Below, in pieces: positions 46,705 to 49,363 of a DNA stretch of 49,363 nt; positions within the stretch are counted from its first letter, which is position 1; every line of letters starts with the position of its first letter. The notes below the pieces were generated by a model. It had not been told where the DNA came from. It did not search any database and saw nothing but the letters and a program-made list of their open reading frames with translations. This DNA is from Octopus bimaculoides (taxonomy: Eukaryota). The stretch is taken from assembly GCF_001194135.2 (NCBI RefSeq), contig NC_068986.1, forward strand, positions 40,448,424 through 40,497,786, written 5' to 3'. Made by a program: the position numbers and the translations under genes.

Positions 46705-47030
46705 TGTACATTCATCTGTCATCGTCAACGATAGTCAAGGACATTACATGGGAAGAAGACAGTGTATCCAACTGTGGTTGGTCAGTCCGGTTCATGCTCA
46801 GAAGGTTCTACTGCAGGTTGGGCACTGGTAGTCTGCTGGGAATGAAGGCAAGGAGTTGACTCTAGAATTATGCATTTTCCATTTTCTTTGTATTTCCGTG
46901 ATCCTGTTCTGTTCATGGGAGGTAGCACCTCTGTTGGTGCAGCTGCGCCGGGCAGGCCAGTCCTGTGCTTGCATTTCTCAAGTGTTGGGTTGATTTGAAA
47001 GCACTTCAGTGAGGTTTTGAGTGTATCTTA
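46705..47030 (-). mobile_element. RTE/BovB-like LINE 3' end with decayed C2H2 zinc finger
   Basis: 47027-46744 translates DTLKTSLKCFQINP, then after a frameshift T*EMQAQDWPARRSCTNRGATSHEQNRITEIQRKWKMHNSRVNSLPSFPADYQCPTCSRTF*A*TGLTNHSWIH. CPTC is at 46813-46824. Confidence 0.88.
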
Positions 47031-47315
47031 CTGCCTGTGTCACAATGCAATTCTTACTTATGCTTCATACAGTCTTTTGAAATAAGAGACACGCCTTTTA
47101 TAACTAACAGAGGTAACTACTCCCTAAACATGACCCCTTGCTGCCCTTTTTATTATCACTACTATGTTTTCACTATAACCTTATCAAGTAGATCTACATC
47201 GCCAAGGAAGTGAGAATTTTGAGCTTTGTTATTGACTATCACATTCAGCTTTATCATAGTTATCTTTAAGCATTTTGATTCTAAGGTTATGGGTCCAAAC
47301 CTGGAACTTTGTTTT

Positions 47316-48241
47316 NNNNNNNNNNNNNNNNNNNNNNNNNNNNNNNNNNNNNNNNNNNNNNNNNNNNNNNNNNNNNNNNNNNNNNNNNNNNNNNNNNNNN
47401 NNNNNNNNNNNNNNNNNNNNNNNNNNNNNNNNNNNNNNNNNNNNNNNNNNNNNNNNNNNNNNNNNNNNNNNNNNNNNNNNNNNNNNNNNNNNNNNNNNNN
47501 NNNNNNNNNNNNNNNNNNNNNNNNNNNNNNNNNNNNNNNNNNNNNNNNNNNNNNNNNNNNNNNNNNNNNNNNNNNNNNNNNNNNNNNNNNNNNNNNNNNN
47601 NNNNNNNNNNNNNNNNNNNNNNNNNNNNNNNNNNNNNNNNNNNNNNNNNNNNNNNNNNNNNNNNNNNNNNNNNNNNNNNNNNNNNNNNNNNNNNNNNNNN
47701 NNNNNNNNNNNNNNNNNNNNNNNNNNNNNNNNNNNNNNNNNNNNNNNNNNNNNNNNNNNNNNNNNNNNNNNNNNNNNNNNNNNNNNNNNNNNNNNNNNNN
47801 NNNNNNNNNNNNNNNNNNNNNNNNNNNNNNNNNNNNNNNNNNNNNNNNNNNNNNNNNNNNNNNNNNNNNNNNNNNNNNNNNNNNNNNNNNNNNNNNNNNN
47901 NNNNNNNNNNNNNNNNNNNNNNNNNNNNNNNNNNNNNNNNNNNNNNNNNNNNNNNNNNNNNNNNNNNNNNNNNNNNNNNNNNNNNNNNNNNNNNNNNNNN
48001 NNNNNNNNNNNNNNNNNNNNNNNNNNNNNNNNNNNNNNNNNNNNNNNNNNNNNNNNNNNNNNNNNNNNNNNNNNNNNNNNNNNNNNNNNNNNNNNNNNNN
48101 NNNNNNNNNNNNNNNNNNNNNNNNNNNNNNNNNNNNNNNNNNNNNNNNNNNNNNNNNNNNNNNNNNNNNNNNNNNNNNNNNNNNNNNNNNNNNNNNNNNN
48201 NNNNNNNNNNNNNNNNNNNNNNNNNNNNNNNNNNNNNNNNN
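47316..48241. other. Assembly gap
   Basis: N-run. Confidence 1.
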
Positions 48242-48632
48242 GGCGCAGGAGTGGCTGTGTGGTAAGTAGCTTGCTTACCAACCACATGGTTCCGGGTTCA
48301 GTCCCACTGCGTGGCACCTTGGGCAAGTGTCTTCTACTATAGCCTCGGGCTAACCAAAGCCTTGTGAGTGGATTTGGTAAACGGAAACTGAAAGAAGCCC
48401 GTCGTATATATGTATATATATATATGTGTGTCTGTGTTTGTCCCCCCAACATCGCTTGACAACTGATGCTGGTGTGTTTACGTCTCCGTAACTTAGCAGT
48501 TCGGCAAAAGTGACCGATAGAATAAGTACTAGGCTTACAAAGAATAAGTCCTGGGGTTGATTTGCTCGACTAAAGGCGGTGCCCCAGCATGGTCGCAGTC
48601 AAATGACTGAAACAAGTAAAAGAGTAAGAGAG
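48242..48632 (+). mobile_element. Family A SINE, young full-length copy
   Basis: tRNA-like head GGCGCAGGAGTGGCTGTGTGG with GGGTTCAGTCCC, CORE-like ACCTTGGGCAAGTG, internal (TA)n/(TG)n and (AAAGAGTA)n tail. Confidence 0.95.
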
Positions 48633-49059
48633 ATTTAGTTATGATTCATCAACACAGTTTCCGAGAGAGAGATAGCGAGCAACTTATTGCCAATACTTTT
48701 CCCTGATCAACAAATGCAAAACAAGCATGGGTTTCCACTTACAGTTACTTTACTAGTAATCTAGTCTCAGTGGTTTTTTACTTTAAGAGAATTCTGTTGT
48801 ACCTTATGGGTATAAGGGTATATATATATCCCAATTCATCTCCATTACTATTTGTTTCTCTTTCTCTCACTCTGTCTCTTTGACTCTATCCCTCTTTCTT
48901 CTTTCTTTACCTACTGGAGCAGCCAAGTATCTCCTCTATAGTAAAATACCTATCACTGCCCTCCATTATACTTTAACCTCTCAACCAGCACAAAACCACT
49001 ACCCTCAGTACCACTCCCTCCCCCCAGCCAAGGGGTCCTCTTGTCTTGCAAGTCACTTA

Positions 49060-49230
49060 GTGACCATACTAGTGCCACATAAGAAAGCTCTCAGTACTCT
49101 CTGTAAAGTGGTAGGTGTTAGAAAAAGCATCCAGTCAGAAATCATGCCAAAAACAGACAATGGAGCTTGGAACGGGTTTTCTGGCTTACCAATTCCTGTC
49201 AAAACCATCCAGTCCAAGCCTCCGATCTGC
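49060..49230 (+). mobile_element. RTE LINE 3'-UTR fragment (family F), degraded
   Basis: GTGCCACATAAGAAAGC and GTGGTAGGTGTTAGAAAAAGCATCCAG. Confidence 0.65.
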
Positions 49231-49363
49231 CTCAGTGACATTTGAACTCAGAACAAAGTTGGAAGAAATGCCACTAAGCATTTTGTCTGGCTTGGTAATG
49301 ATTCTTCTAGCTCGCTGCCTTAACATCACCTAACACTTTCAATACTTTGGAAAATATCTCTAA

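Noticed and set aside
1-49363. CRISPR array or other prokaryotic system
   Set aside because: No regularly spaced direct repeats with unique spacers and no operon-like ORFs; the sequence is eukaryotic repeat-rich DNA.

Overview
This is an AT-rich, repeat-dense, non-coding animal genomic window with six assembly gaps. Its SINE/MITE repertoire and microsatellite load resemble an Octopus genome; that assignment is an inference from memory of those repeats, not a database result. I find no intact protein-coding gene, rRNA, functional tRNA or CRISPR array, and nearly every ORF in the supplied track is translated microsatellite, N-run or SINE. What the sequence does support: (1) several modular SINE families, most with tRNA-like heads, and six young copies of one microsatellite-containing family; (2) decayed RTE-clade LINE fragments that still translate recognisably (39150-39600, 46705-47030, weaker at 9400-9565), plus many isolated RTE 3'-UTR ends with (GAT)n tails; (3) non-autonomous DNA transposons with end/target-site signatures of piggyBac (TTAA), mariner (TA), hAT (8 bp), Merlin-like (GG ends, 8 bp) and Chapaev-like (CAC..GTG, 4 bp) elements; (4) three probable Penelope-like relics carrying hammerhead-ribozyme core motifs; (5) a few unverified small exon candidates. 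The most noteworthy signals are the hammerhead-like relics, a nested-palindrome MITE with an inverted telomere-repeat core, and direct evidence that the abundant (GAT)n-tailed repeat is an RTE LINE 3' UTR also used as a SINE tail. I cannot support a wholly new biological system here. Repeat boundaries are approximate unless a target-site duplication (TSD) or terminal inverted repeat (TIR) is quoted. Family letters A-H are my own labels.
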